This document shows positions 35,549-45,834 of a DNA stretch of 64,000 bases, piece by piece. Below the pieces are notes generated by a model. That model had not been told where the DNA came from and did no database searches. It saw nothing but the letters and a program-made list of their open reading frames with translations. This stretch comes from Blastocladiella emersonii ATCC 22665 (Eukaryota; Fungi; Blastocladiomycota), in the NCBI GenBank assembly GCA_025594325.1, contig JANHCV010000003.1:1178001-1242000 (forward strand), written 5' to 3'. Both the position numbers and the translations under genes were made by a program. Every line of letters begins with the position of its first letter. Within the stretch, counting starts at the first letter, position 1.

Positions 35549-38431
35549 TTACAGGCCGATGCCGCGCAGGAACGCCTCCGAGTTGGGCTCGCGGCCAAGG
35601 AACTTGCGCAGCGAGACAAACTCGTCGCGTGAGCCGCCGGGCGCGAGGACCTCGCGCACGTACTCGGCGGCGGTGCCCGAGTTGAAGATGCCCTCGGCCT
35701 CGAAGCGCGAGTACATGTCAGCCGCGTACACGAGCGACCACAGGTAGCCGTAGTAGCCTAGTCATACGAGGAGACGAGAGGTCAGTCTGGCGGTCGCAGA
35801 GCAGCGAGAACAACGGAACGTACCCGAGTCGTAGCCGCCGGTGATGTGCGAGAAGGTGCACTGGCCGCAGGTGCCCGCGGGCGGCGCGATGAGCGACACC
35901 TCGCGCGACATCTTGTCGTACAGCTCGGTGGTGTTGGGCGCCTTGGTACCGGGCGCGATCGTGTGCACGGCCATGTCGAACAGGCCGTAGCGCAGCTGGC
36001 GCAGGTTGAACATGGCGGCGCCAACGTTCTTGGTCGCGATCAGGCGGTCGAGGATCTCGGTCGGCACCTTGGCGCCCGTCTCGTAGTGGCTCGACAGCTG
36101 CACGAGCGCCTCCTTCTCCCAGATCCAGTTCTCGAGGAGCTGCGAGCTACACGTGATGTGAAGGTAGCGGGGTGGCGAGGTGGCGGGGTGGTGGGGTGGC
36201 GAGGTACGCGCGATCGCGACGCGTCAGAGTCAGTTTTCTCAACCCCCACTGCACCGATTTCGCCCAAACTCGAAAAACGAGGAACGTACGGAGCCTCGGA
36301 GAAGTCTCGGGCCGTGGCGGTGCCCGAAAACATGCCGTACTTGATGCGGGAGCCGAGAATGTGGTGGAAGATGTGCCCGGCCTCGTGCGCGAGCGTCACC
36401 ATCTCGTCGTGCGTCAGGAGCGACGGCGCGTCCTTGGAGGGCTTCGTGAAGTTACACTTCATTGCCACGAGGGGCGTCTGGTAGGTGCCGTCCGAGAGCA
36501 GGCAGCCGGGGCGGAGACCGAAAACGGCGGCGTGACCGAAGGCTCCCTCGCGGGGATGCATGTCTAGGTAGAAGGCGCCGCGGTAGGTCGAGGTATGGTC
36601 GAACACGCGCCAGGCCGTGACGTCCGGGTGCCAGAGGGCGGCCTCCTTGGTCACCTCCTCGATGCGGATGTTGAACAGCTGCTCGTACAGCTTGAGAAGG
36701 GCGGCGAGGAACGTGTTGTACGAGAAGTACGGCTTGAGCTCGTCCTGGTCAAAGTTGAACTCGCGCTCGACGAGCAGGTTGCTGTAGTACGACGTGTCCC
36801 ACGAGTGGAGCGCGTCCTCGGCGGGGAGGCCGGCGGCGGCGCGCTCGGCGTTCTTGAGGTCGAGCAGCTTCTGGTACTCGACGCGGCCGTGCGGCAGCAG
36901 CTTGTCGCGCAGGTCCTCGAGGAACCCGAGCACCGTCTCGGGGTTCTTGGCCATGTTGAGCTCGAGGCGGAAGTGCGCGTGGTTCTTGAACCCGAGGATC
37001 GCCGCCGCCGACGCGCGCAGCTCGACCATCTCCTCGAGGATCGCCTGGTTCTCGGGGCACACCGACATGCGCGCCACGTCGACCTTGCGCCGCGTCTCGG
37101 CGTTGGTGCACTTGCGCAGCAGCGGCAGCGTGTCGGGGTACGACATGGTGACCTTGAGCGAGCCCTTGGCGTCGCCCTCCTCGACGAGCGCGAGGCTCGA
37201 GATGTAGCTCTCGGGCATGCCGGCGAGCTCGTCGCGCGTCACGGCGACGAACGTCTTGTCCTCGGCCTTGTTGCGGGCGAAATCGCGGGCGAGGTCGGCA
37301 ATGCGCTTGCGGATGGCCGTGAGCTCCTCGCGCTTGGCGTCGGGCAGGCCGAGCCCCTGGCGCTCGTACCCCTGCATAATCTTCTCGACGAGGCGGCGGT
37401 CCTCGTCGTCGAGCTGCGACTGGTCGCCGAGCTTCTCGACGGCGGCCTTGGCGGCGCGGTACAGGTCGACGCGGGCGCCGGCGTCGATGGCGAACTCGGA
37501 CAGCGCGCGGGCGGCCTCGTTGCTGGCCTCGCGCGTCGGCTTGTCGGGCGACACCTGCTGCAGGAAGTAGAGCGCCGACGACTCGCCCTTGGTGCGGTTC
37601 TCGAGGCGCGCCATGCGCTGGAACACGGACTCGAAGATGCACTCGGCGGGGTCGAGCGACGCGATCTCGTTGTACACGCGCGTCATGAGGCGGATCACCT
37701 TGTCCGTGTCGGCCTTGATCTGCGCCGGTGTGCGCAGGATCACGTAGTCGTCGAGGTGGTTGGTCCACACGGTCGTCGACTCGGTCTCGGCGGCAACGGC
37801 GGCGGGCTTGGCGCGCTTCTGCAGCTCGGCCTCGAGTGCCTGCGTCTCGATCCACTTGGACTGGATCGACGCGAGCCCGTCCTCGAGCGACTTGACCTTG
37901 GCCTTGAGCGGCGACAGGAGCGGCGTCGCGTCCGTCTTGCCGCTGCGCAGCTTCTCGAGCACGCGGCGGATCGGGACCTGGTCCTGCTTGGCGCTGAGCG
38001 GCATGGCGTCCTCGATGGCGGCCGTGAGCGAGCCGGCGAGCGACGACCCGAGGCGCGCAATGAAGCTGGGCGCCCACTTGTGCACGAACGGCGAAGTAAA
38101 CCGTCTGTGAACACGTCGAGCCCGCTCAGCGAGAAACTCGGAAACAATGAGTTTCACCACCTGCGCTCGTGCGGCGTGACGGTCTCGGTGAAGGTGCAGT
38201 GGCTCGTTTAGGCACTGCTCTTGATCTCCTTGTTGCAGGAGGTGTGGGCTCTCGCACCAGCGGCTCCGGTGCCGTCACCGAAGTTTCACAGGCCAATCGG
38301 CGACGTCCTTTGGACCAGAGCTCGACGGCGTTGAGGAAGCGAAGCGGGTCTAGCTTGCCCCGCGCAGGCCCAGCGATTTCCCCCAACGGGAGCGCTCGAT
38401 CACCGCCGCTCAGGCGCTCCCAGGTTGCCAT
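35549..38431 (-). CDS. M3 thimet-oligopeptidase/neurolysin (Prd1-like) metallopeptidase, multi-exon; putative first exon inside the right repeat arm
   Basis: FYLDMHPREG..GHAAVF, HEAGH zinc motif, FSEAPSQLLENW, GYYGYLWS, FLGREPN. Putative exon 38431-38258 splices in frame (GTGCGA..CTAAAC..CGCAG, 38257-38161); alternative start ATG 38004. Confidence 0.92.
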
Positions 38432-39505
38432 GGATCATAATGCAGCAAGTAGCGGGCGCGTATGCATGAGTTTACATTGTGATCTCGGTGCTTGAAGAGA
38501 GCGAGCCGCTTCGGGGTCGCGTCGCGCCACTCGATGCGCCTCCGACTTGCGACTCGGACGCGCTGCGCCACTCGCCCGACGATCCTCATTCGTGGGGATG
38601 GAAGCGGATCAGGCCGCCTACAGGTCAGAGTTTGTCCAGAGAGTAGGGCGAGACGAGCGGGGTCGGCGCCCCAAGTCGTCACGGCGGCCGCGGCGGACCA
38701 TGGGTCCGCGACAGCGAGAGAGTCGTGTGCGAGCCCCGTTCCTTCACTGCCAAGTTCCTGACCACTCGCGGTCGGCTCATTCGGCGCTCAGGGGCTCAAG
38801 GGTACGTGCTGACCCTATCTCAAGCGGCTACCCCATCAAACGAGACTCGAAGCGATGAAGACGCGGAGGACTAGATCGCTCCGAACCTGATGGTCGCTGA
38901 TCTGAGTGGACAGTGCGCCGACCGGCCCTGAGCTCCCGCTACGACGAGCCCTAAGAGAGCCGCAGCCAAGCTCCTGAAGACGGGTGAGGACCGGCACGCG
39001 CGCGCAAGGGGAGCGAGAGAGATCAACTGTGATGGCCATGGCCGCGGCGGACACGCGCAAGCGACCCTCTCCTCACTCTAGCTTGGCCGCGCTATCTGTA
39101 CCCTCTCAAAAGACTTGAAACAACCGACCCTGAAGCTCCCGCTAAGAAGAACCCCAGGAGAGCCGCAGCCAAGCTCCTGAAGACGGGCGAGGACGGACAA
39201 GCATGCACCAGAGGAGGAAGGATCGGCCCTGGTGGTCATCCATGGCCGCGGCGGACACGAGCAACAGACCTTTTCCGCATTGGGCCTCGGTCGCGCTCAT
39301 CGCATTCGCTCAAAGACTTGGAGCAAGCGACACACTCTACTCCAGACCAGGCGACAGCGATGAGCCTAAGCGAGAGAGGGGAGACTCATAAAGTTGGACG
39401 CGACCGTTGCGCCACACGCGTCGGCCGACCACCGACTCCGCTTCACTCCACCCCTGATCGAGTCACCCCACAAAATAATTATTTGAATAGCTGCTCTGTA
39501 TTGGT

Positions 39506-39521
39506 GGCTTTTAGAAAAGCC
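39506..39521 (-). promoter_or_regulatory. Histone 3' stem-loop of H2A copy 2
   Basis: Mirror of 28654-28669. Confidence 0.87.
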
Positions 39522-39653
39522 GGGAGAGAATGAGAGAGGAGTGGGAGAGAGATGTGGGTGGGTGAGGTGGGGGTCGGGGGTCAGGGACCGCGGCCGCCGA
39601 CTTGGTCGCCGCCGACCACGATGATACCCGCCGACCCCGCCGCCGCCGCCGAC

Positions 39654-40052
39654 TTACTCGGCATCAGAATCGGCGTTCTTCTTTCCGCCCTTGGCCGGCA
39701 GCAACTGAGGTGCAATGCTAGGGATCACACCGCCCTGCGCGATCGTAACACTGGCGAGCAACTTGTTCAGTTCCTCGTCGTTACGGATGGCGAGCTGCAG
39801 ATGGCGCGGGATAATGCGGGACTTCTTGTTGTCGCGGGCAGCGTTGCCAGCGAGCTCGAGAATCTCGGCGGCCAGGTACTCGAGCACGGCGGCGAGGTAC
39901 ACGGGCGCGCCGGCGCCGATGCGGGCCGCGTAGTGGCTCTTGCGCAGCAGGCGGTGCAGACGACCGACGGGGAACTGGAGCCCGGCCTTGGACGAGCGCG
40001 ACTTGCCGCCCTTGACCGCCTCGACGGACTTCTTGCCACCCTTGCCGGCCAT
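39654..40052 (-). CDS. H2A: Histone H2A, copy 2 (identical protein to copy 1)
   Basis: Same 132-aa translation; lies inside the right repeat arm; no H2B partner. Confidence 0.97.
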   Translation of the reverse strand: MAGKGGKKSVEAVKGGKSRSSKAGLQFPVGRLHRLLRKSHYAARIGAGAPVYLAAVLEYLAAEILELAGNAARDNKKSRIIPRHLQLAIRNDEELNKLLASVTIAQGGVIPSIAPQLLPAKGGKKNADSDAE

Positions 40053-41287
40053 GTTGTTGGTGTTGTTGTTGGAGATGTGCGGTTATTGAAGACGGTGAGC
40101 GAGCGACGGTGGCTAGCTCAGCGTGGTGATGATGATGCGTTTCGTAGCAGTAGACGTGAACGACGACGAAGACAGAGAGAGAGAGAGCGGCGCGGGGGAC
40201 CGGCGTCTACTTGAAGGTGCCGTGTGCCAGGCCGTGTGCTCTGGCGAGCGAGCGAGCAAGCCGCATGCGGGAGCAGAAAATTGAGCGCACAAACCTGGTC
40301 AACTTTTCACCCGCCATCCTGTGTGTACGCTTGAAGTTCGCGCTTTACACTCGCTATTCGGCGCTCATTTCTGCTCACGGGAAGCTGAGATCGGAGTTGG
40401 TATTGGCGCCTGTGAACCAGCAGTCGCGTTCGTCAGACTTGGGTGAGCCATGGCCATGTCCATCGTCACACCCGTGGCCAATTATTAGCCACTGCCCGCT
40501 ACTCGAGGCGGCGTTGGGTTCAATATGGACTCCTTCGAATATCGATCTTGAGCGAGAGTTGAAATCGCAACGCGTTGTGTAAGGCTACGGCTCAATCGCG
40601 GTGGCCATGGTCGCGGCCATGGGCCGTGGTCACGGCCATCACGATCAGGCGTTTTCCTGCACTCACCGATTTCATAATGACGGTAGTTGCCGCCGGCGAC
40701 ACCCCTTTACCATCCATTCACGTTTTCTGGGAAGGTATTCGTGTGTCAAGCAGCCCGGTATCAGTCGGATTGGACGCTTCTTTGTCCGCGGCCACGGTCA
40801 TCACAACCCCGTTGCGCATCACTCCCTTGGCGTGTGGTTCACAACGTGGAGCCGGCGGGTGGTCTTCTTGTTGTTGCTGACGACGCCGCTCTGTCTCACA
40901 AGCTTGTCGCGAAGTTGGTGGTCGGCGAGGCGAGCCTGGCATCAATCAAGCCGGTCGGACGCCGACATCGCCGCGGCCATCAGTTCCGGTTGCTCGTTCA
41001 CCCTTGCGCACCGCGCGGCTCGCGCTATGACGTGCAAGTCGATCCCGAGAACGAGTTTTCCAACAAAAAGCCTTCACGCGCGACCACAAACAGACCTTCA
41101 CGCGGAACGACGAGCACGAGGAGACGGCAGGTTGATCAGGGAGTGTAGTTTATATAAAGATGGATATCATCCCGACAAGCAAGCAGCGCGGACCGGATCA
41201 GGACCCGCGCACGACCGACCATCGACACGCCACGCCATCAGAGAGAGAGAGGGGAACAGGAGGGGACCGGGACCGGGGAGGAGACGC

Positions 41288-42716
41288 TTAGGCCTGGGGG
41301 CAGTCGCGGGCAATGTGGCCCTCGCCGTTGCAGTTGCGGCAGATCATGGCCTTCTTGGGGGCCGAGCAGTCGCGGGAGATGTGGTCCGAGCCGCCGCAGT
41401 TGTAGCACTTCTGGCCCTCGGTGCAGTCGCGCGAGACGTGGCCGACCTGGCCGCACGAGTAGCACTTGGGACCGGCGCCGCGGAACGAGTTGCCACCAGC
41501 CGAGGGGCAGTCGCGCGAGATGTGGCCCGACTGGCCGCACTTGTAGCACGAGCGCGAGTCGGCGCCGTTGCCGCCGGCCATGGAGCAGTCGCGCGAGATG
41601 TGGCCGGGCTGGCCGCACTTGTAGCAGGCGCGGGCACCGTAGTCGTTGCCGCCGCCGGCCTGGGGGCAGTCGCGCGAGATGTGGCCGGGCTGGCCGCACT
41701 TGTAGCACGAGCGGCCCGAGTTGTTGGACGGGGCGGGGCCCTGGGGGCAGTCGCGGGAGATGTGGCCCTCCTCGTTGCACGTGTTGCACGTCTTGGCCTT
41801 CTTGGGCTCGGGGCACTCGCGCGAGGTGTGGCCGGTGCCGGAGCAGTTGTAGCACTTGACGCCCTGGTCGCAGTCGCGAGCCTGGTGCTCAGCTGGAGGG
41901 GAGGGGAGAGGGGGAGCGGGGTTAGCACGAGGGTCGATCGAAGGGGACGGGTCAGAGGGGAGGTCAGAGGGGAGGTCAGAGGGGAGGGGATGGTAGGGGA
42001 GAGACCACGGGTCGTGCCGACTCGACACACCAACGACACACCAACGACACACTCGACAAACTTGACTCGACGAACATCCACCACCGACACAGCTCGACAC
42101 GTCCCGAGACCACCGACCCAGCTCGAGCATCACCAACGCCAGCTGCATCAGCATCCACACACCACTACACCGTCAAACACGCAATCGCCAAATCAACACC
42201 AGCTCCAGCACACTCGCAGCCACCATCAACACCGAGGCGTGCGGCAGTCGAGGGGGATCGGCGAGCGCGCGACCGAGTCCACGCATGGGAACTCCGGTCG
42301 CGCGCCGCCGCCGACTCCAAGACACACACGCAGCACTCGCCACACATAACCACGCGCAACCACCACACCACTCAGCCGCCCCGCGACGCATGCGCGGGAC
42401 GGCACCCATGGGAAAGGACGGGGGAAGGGGGGGATCGAGAGGGAAAGCGCAGGACGAGGCCGAAGCGCAGAGTGGGGATCCATCCGTACCAGGGCGATCA
42501 CGGCGACGCGGTCCGCGCAGCAGCAGCAGCAGCGGCAGCAGCTTGATCCCGACGACCGAGTACTTGCGGAAAGTGTTGATTCATGGTTGTTGACCGACGA
42601 CGACGCGCGCGAGGACGAGGAGGGCGAGGGAGGGCGGGCGGGCGAGCGCTCCTCACGCATCACGCACCAGAGCCGCAGTTGAAGCAGCCACGGGGCTTGT
42701 AACCGCCGAACGACAT
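41288..42716 (-). CDS. CNBP/Gis2/Byr3-type multi-CCHC zinc-knuckle RNA-binding protein (2 main exons)
   Basis: Exon 1 42716-42668 MSFGGYKPRGCFNCGS joins exon 2 at 41892 (AEHQARDC); repeated CX2CX4HX4C knuckles; 775-bp intron. Confidence 0.93.
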
Positions 42717-44153
42717 GTTGAAGAAAAGGTGGGGGTAGGGGGGTAGGGTGAGGTCGACGAGATGTGACTTGTGGGAGCGAGAGCGAGGCGCGGAGCTGGG
42801 CCGCGCTTTTCTCGCGCCGGCCGGCGGCCCCCGCGCCCGCCTGCCCGCGCGCGCCCCAGCAGGGGAACGTGGCGCGCGAAAAGCGTGCGCAGCGCAGAGT
42901 GCGTCGCGGTCCCGTGCCCGAGTTGCCATGCCGCCATGTGACCGCTGGCTGCCGCGGCCTGACCCCCGCTTCCCACGCCGCGTCGCTCTCTCCCCTTTCA
43001 TCTCACCTCACACTCGCGGCGCTCACCGCAAAATCGACGGCAGCGATGACGACGGCGTCACGGCGGTGTGTGGACCGTGATCACGGTCGAGCCCGTCGCG
43101 GCGCTCTGCATCCATCGTCATCGATACCACTCATCCACGCTGCGAATGGAGTGCGACCGTGCGCACCGCGACGAGAAGGACGAGGTCGAAGGGATCCGCT
43201 GAAGGAGAGGGGCGCGGGGCGGCCGCGGTATTTGAGAGTCTCGCAGCCGAGCCCGCGCCACGGCCGATGCGTTGCGCGCAACGCCGCATGCAGCACGCAA
43301 TCGGCAGCGCGCATCGTTGCGACTTGGCCACCATCGCCTCCCACCCTGCAGCGTCCAGATCTCGCCCTCCTCGTGAGGTGGAACCGCGCGACACGCCACA
43401 TGGGAGTGCGAAGCGAGAGAGGCACCGTGGCCGCGCGCTGAGCGACCCTGCGAGACCCGGCTCCCTCGCTGACCTCGACGTCGCCACCATGACCGCGCAC
43501 ATGGAAGCACATGGAAGCAAACCAGTCGCTGAACTATCTGCGCACGCACAAACGTGGTCGGCGATGACGCCTCGAACGCCGCCATCGTCGACGACGGCTG
43601 AGAGGGGCACCCGCTTTCGACCCCCAACGTCCATCGCCGCCGCCGCCGACCCACGCTCGCGTGCAGCGCGCGGAGGGAGTCAAGCTCGATGACGCGACGG
43701 CGCGCGACTTGAGGGTCTCGAGGGTGCGGGGGTGGACTTGAAACAACCGCCTGACGTCGGCGTAGCGCACCCCCCTCGCGTGCGCGCGACCCGCCACGCA
43801 CCACGATTGGTCGGGTCGGTCATTCATGACCCCGCAGCCGCCGGCGAAACCGCCGGTCCCGTCTGTTGTTCGCTGTGCTCGCCACGGGCGCGCGGGATCG
43901 CGTGAGAACGCGTCGCACCTTTGCATGACTTGCGGGGTCATGCGCACGCACGTCCGCGGCCGCAGAAACCTCACGCGCGCGCGAACCACCGACCTCGGCC
44001 CGGTGCTCGACGAGTCATGATTCTGTCGCGCTTGCTTGTGCTGCTGGTGCCGCGGGGCCCGGTCCGCGACTATAAAGACCGCGTGCCCCCCGTCTCCCTC
44101 GACTGGATCTACATCAGTCCTAGACTAGAAGACCACCACCTCTACGCATCGCC

Positions 44154-45509
44154 ATGACCAAGATCCACACGAACCGCAAGCTGCTCGTCCTCCTGGTCGC
44201 CGTGCTGCTCGGCCTGGTCACGGTCGAGGCCGCGCCCGCCGCCACCAAGGCGCAGATCGCCGCGCGCTCGCCCTTCGAGCTGCCCAAGCAGTACAAGGCG
44301 ACGCTGCCCTTCTCGTTCGGCAAGGAGGCCATCCCCGTCACCGCCTCGGCCTCGGGCACGCGCGCCGTCGTCTACTCGCAGACCGTCGACTTCAACACGG
44401 TCGACCCGACCCGCCAGAACGTGCTGTGGTCGCGCCTCAACTTCGACGCCGCCAAGACGGTCCTGCGCAAGAACCCCAACGCGCCCAAGGGTTTCGGCGA
44501 AAACCTGCCCGGCGACCTGCTCCGCATCACCTCGCTCGCCGACAACGCCGTCCAGTACCACAACGCCGACACGCTGGCGCAGTGGAACTTCCGCTCCGCC
44601 TTCTTCAACGGCGCCAAGGTCAAGGTCGAGCTGCTCGCCGACCCGGCGCTCCCCTCCGCGACCAAGCCCGCCGTCATCGTCGCATCGGTCGTCGTCAACA
44701 CGGAGCGCGGCGGCACCGCCGAGCCCGTGGTCCTCCCGCCCCCGACCTCGCAGTGCAACGCCGTCGACACCCGCAAGGCCTCGTCGGACAACAAGCAAGG
44801 GCGCATTTTCCCCGTGGGTTGCACCGGTTGGGTCATTGACGACAAGAACGGGTGCCAGCTGACGGCGGGGCACTGCTTCGACGGCGTCGACGCGACCGAG
44901 CTGGTCCTCCAGTCCAACGTGCCGCTCACCAACGTGATCACCGTGTCGGGCACCAAGGTCGGCGTGCCGCGGCACCCGGCGCCGCAGTTCCAGTACGCCG
45001 TCGACACGGCCTCGGTCCAGTTCAAGCTGCAGGACCTGCTGTCCGTCGACAACGCCATCGACGCCGAGGACTGGGCCTACTTTGGCACCCACCCGAACCC
45101 CAACACGGGCCTGACCTTCAAGGCCGCCAACAACAACAAGACGTACAAGCTCGCCAAGGTCGACGCGTCGGGCAAGATCGCCGCGGGCCAGGGCGTCACC
45201 GCCGGTGCGACGGTGTCGATCACGGGCTACGGCATCGTCCGCGACGCCAACCGCAAGCAGTTCCACCTCGCCCAGCAGTCGGCCACTGGGAAACTCGTCT
45301 CTTTCGAGGATATCTACCACTTCAACCACCGTGCTGATACAGAGGGTGGCAATTCGGGCTCGGCTGGCCTCGTCGGGGACGTCGCCATCGGCATCCACAC
45401 CAACGGGGGGTGCTCGACGTCTGACCGGACCTCGGCCAACTTCGGCTCGACCGTGGCGATGCGCGGGCTGCGCCAGGCCCTCGCCAACCCCAAGGGCGTG
45501 TGCGCGTAG
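44154..45509 (+). CDS. Secreted trypsin-like (S1) serine protease of bacterial type, intronless
   Basis: TATAAA near 44072; signal peptide; catalytic LTAGHC, EDWA, DTEGGNSGS; long N-terminal pro-region. Confidence 0.88.
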   Translation: MTKIHTNRKLLVLLVAVLLGLVTVEAAPAATKAQIAARSPFELPKQYKATLPFSFGKEAIPVTASASGTRAVVYSQTVDFNTVDPTRQNVLWSRLNFDAAKTVLRKNPNAPKGFGENLPGDLLRITSLADNAVQYHNADTLAQWNFRSAFFNGAKVKVELLADPALPSATKPAVIVASVVVNTERGGTAEPVVLPPPTSQCNAVDTRKASSDNKQGRIFPVGCTGWVIDDKNGCQLTAGHCFDGVDATELVLQSNVPLTNVITVSGTKVGVPRHPAPQFQYAVDTASVQFKLQDLLSVDNAIDAEDWAYFGTHPNPNTGLTFKAANNNKTYKLAKVDASGKIAAGQGVTAGATVSITGYGIVRDANRKQFHLAQQSATGKLVSFEDIYHFNHRADTEGGNSGSAGLVGDVAIGIHTNGGCSTSDRTSANFGSTVAMRGLRQALANPKGVCA

Positions 45510-45834
45510 TGCATGTAGTTGTTTTCTCCATTCTGTATATATAAATTTCATTGCTTGACATCTCGGGTTGGTCAGGAGAGAGCGAGCGCTGAGGCTGAAC
45601 CTGAGCTGGCATGGCCCCAACATCGCTTTCGCTCGCTTCTACAAGACTCAGTCCCTTCCTCCCATCGCCGCCCTCTCCATGGAGCCTGAATCATTCGACC
45701 TGAGAGAGACCTAGCTCAAGCTTTGGTCCGACGACGACCGCGTTGGCCTCCGGAACAGGAGCCACGCCTCGGCGCGACACGCTCGCGAGGCACAAGTGAG
45801 AAGCAGAAATAAAGGTTTTGTACAGGTGCCCATC

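Larger units (their letters stand above)
38262..40227 (-). repeat. Right arm of 1966-bp inverted repeat
   Basis: Reverse complement of 27948-29913; boundaries read directly from the sequence. Confidence 0.97.

Noticed and set aside
29914-38261. Cassette as a mating-type locus
   Set aside because: No HMG-box, homeodomain, alpha-box or pheromone/receptor gene recognised; only the repeat architecture is analogous.
43000-44100. Possible gene or mobile element between CNBP and the protease
   Set aside because: No consistent exon structure, TIRs or TSDs found; compatible with two divergent promoters.
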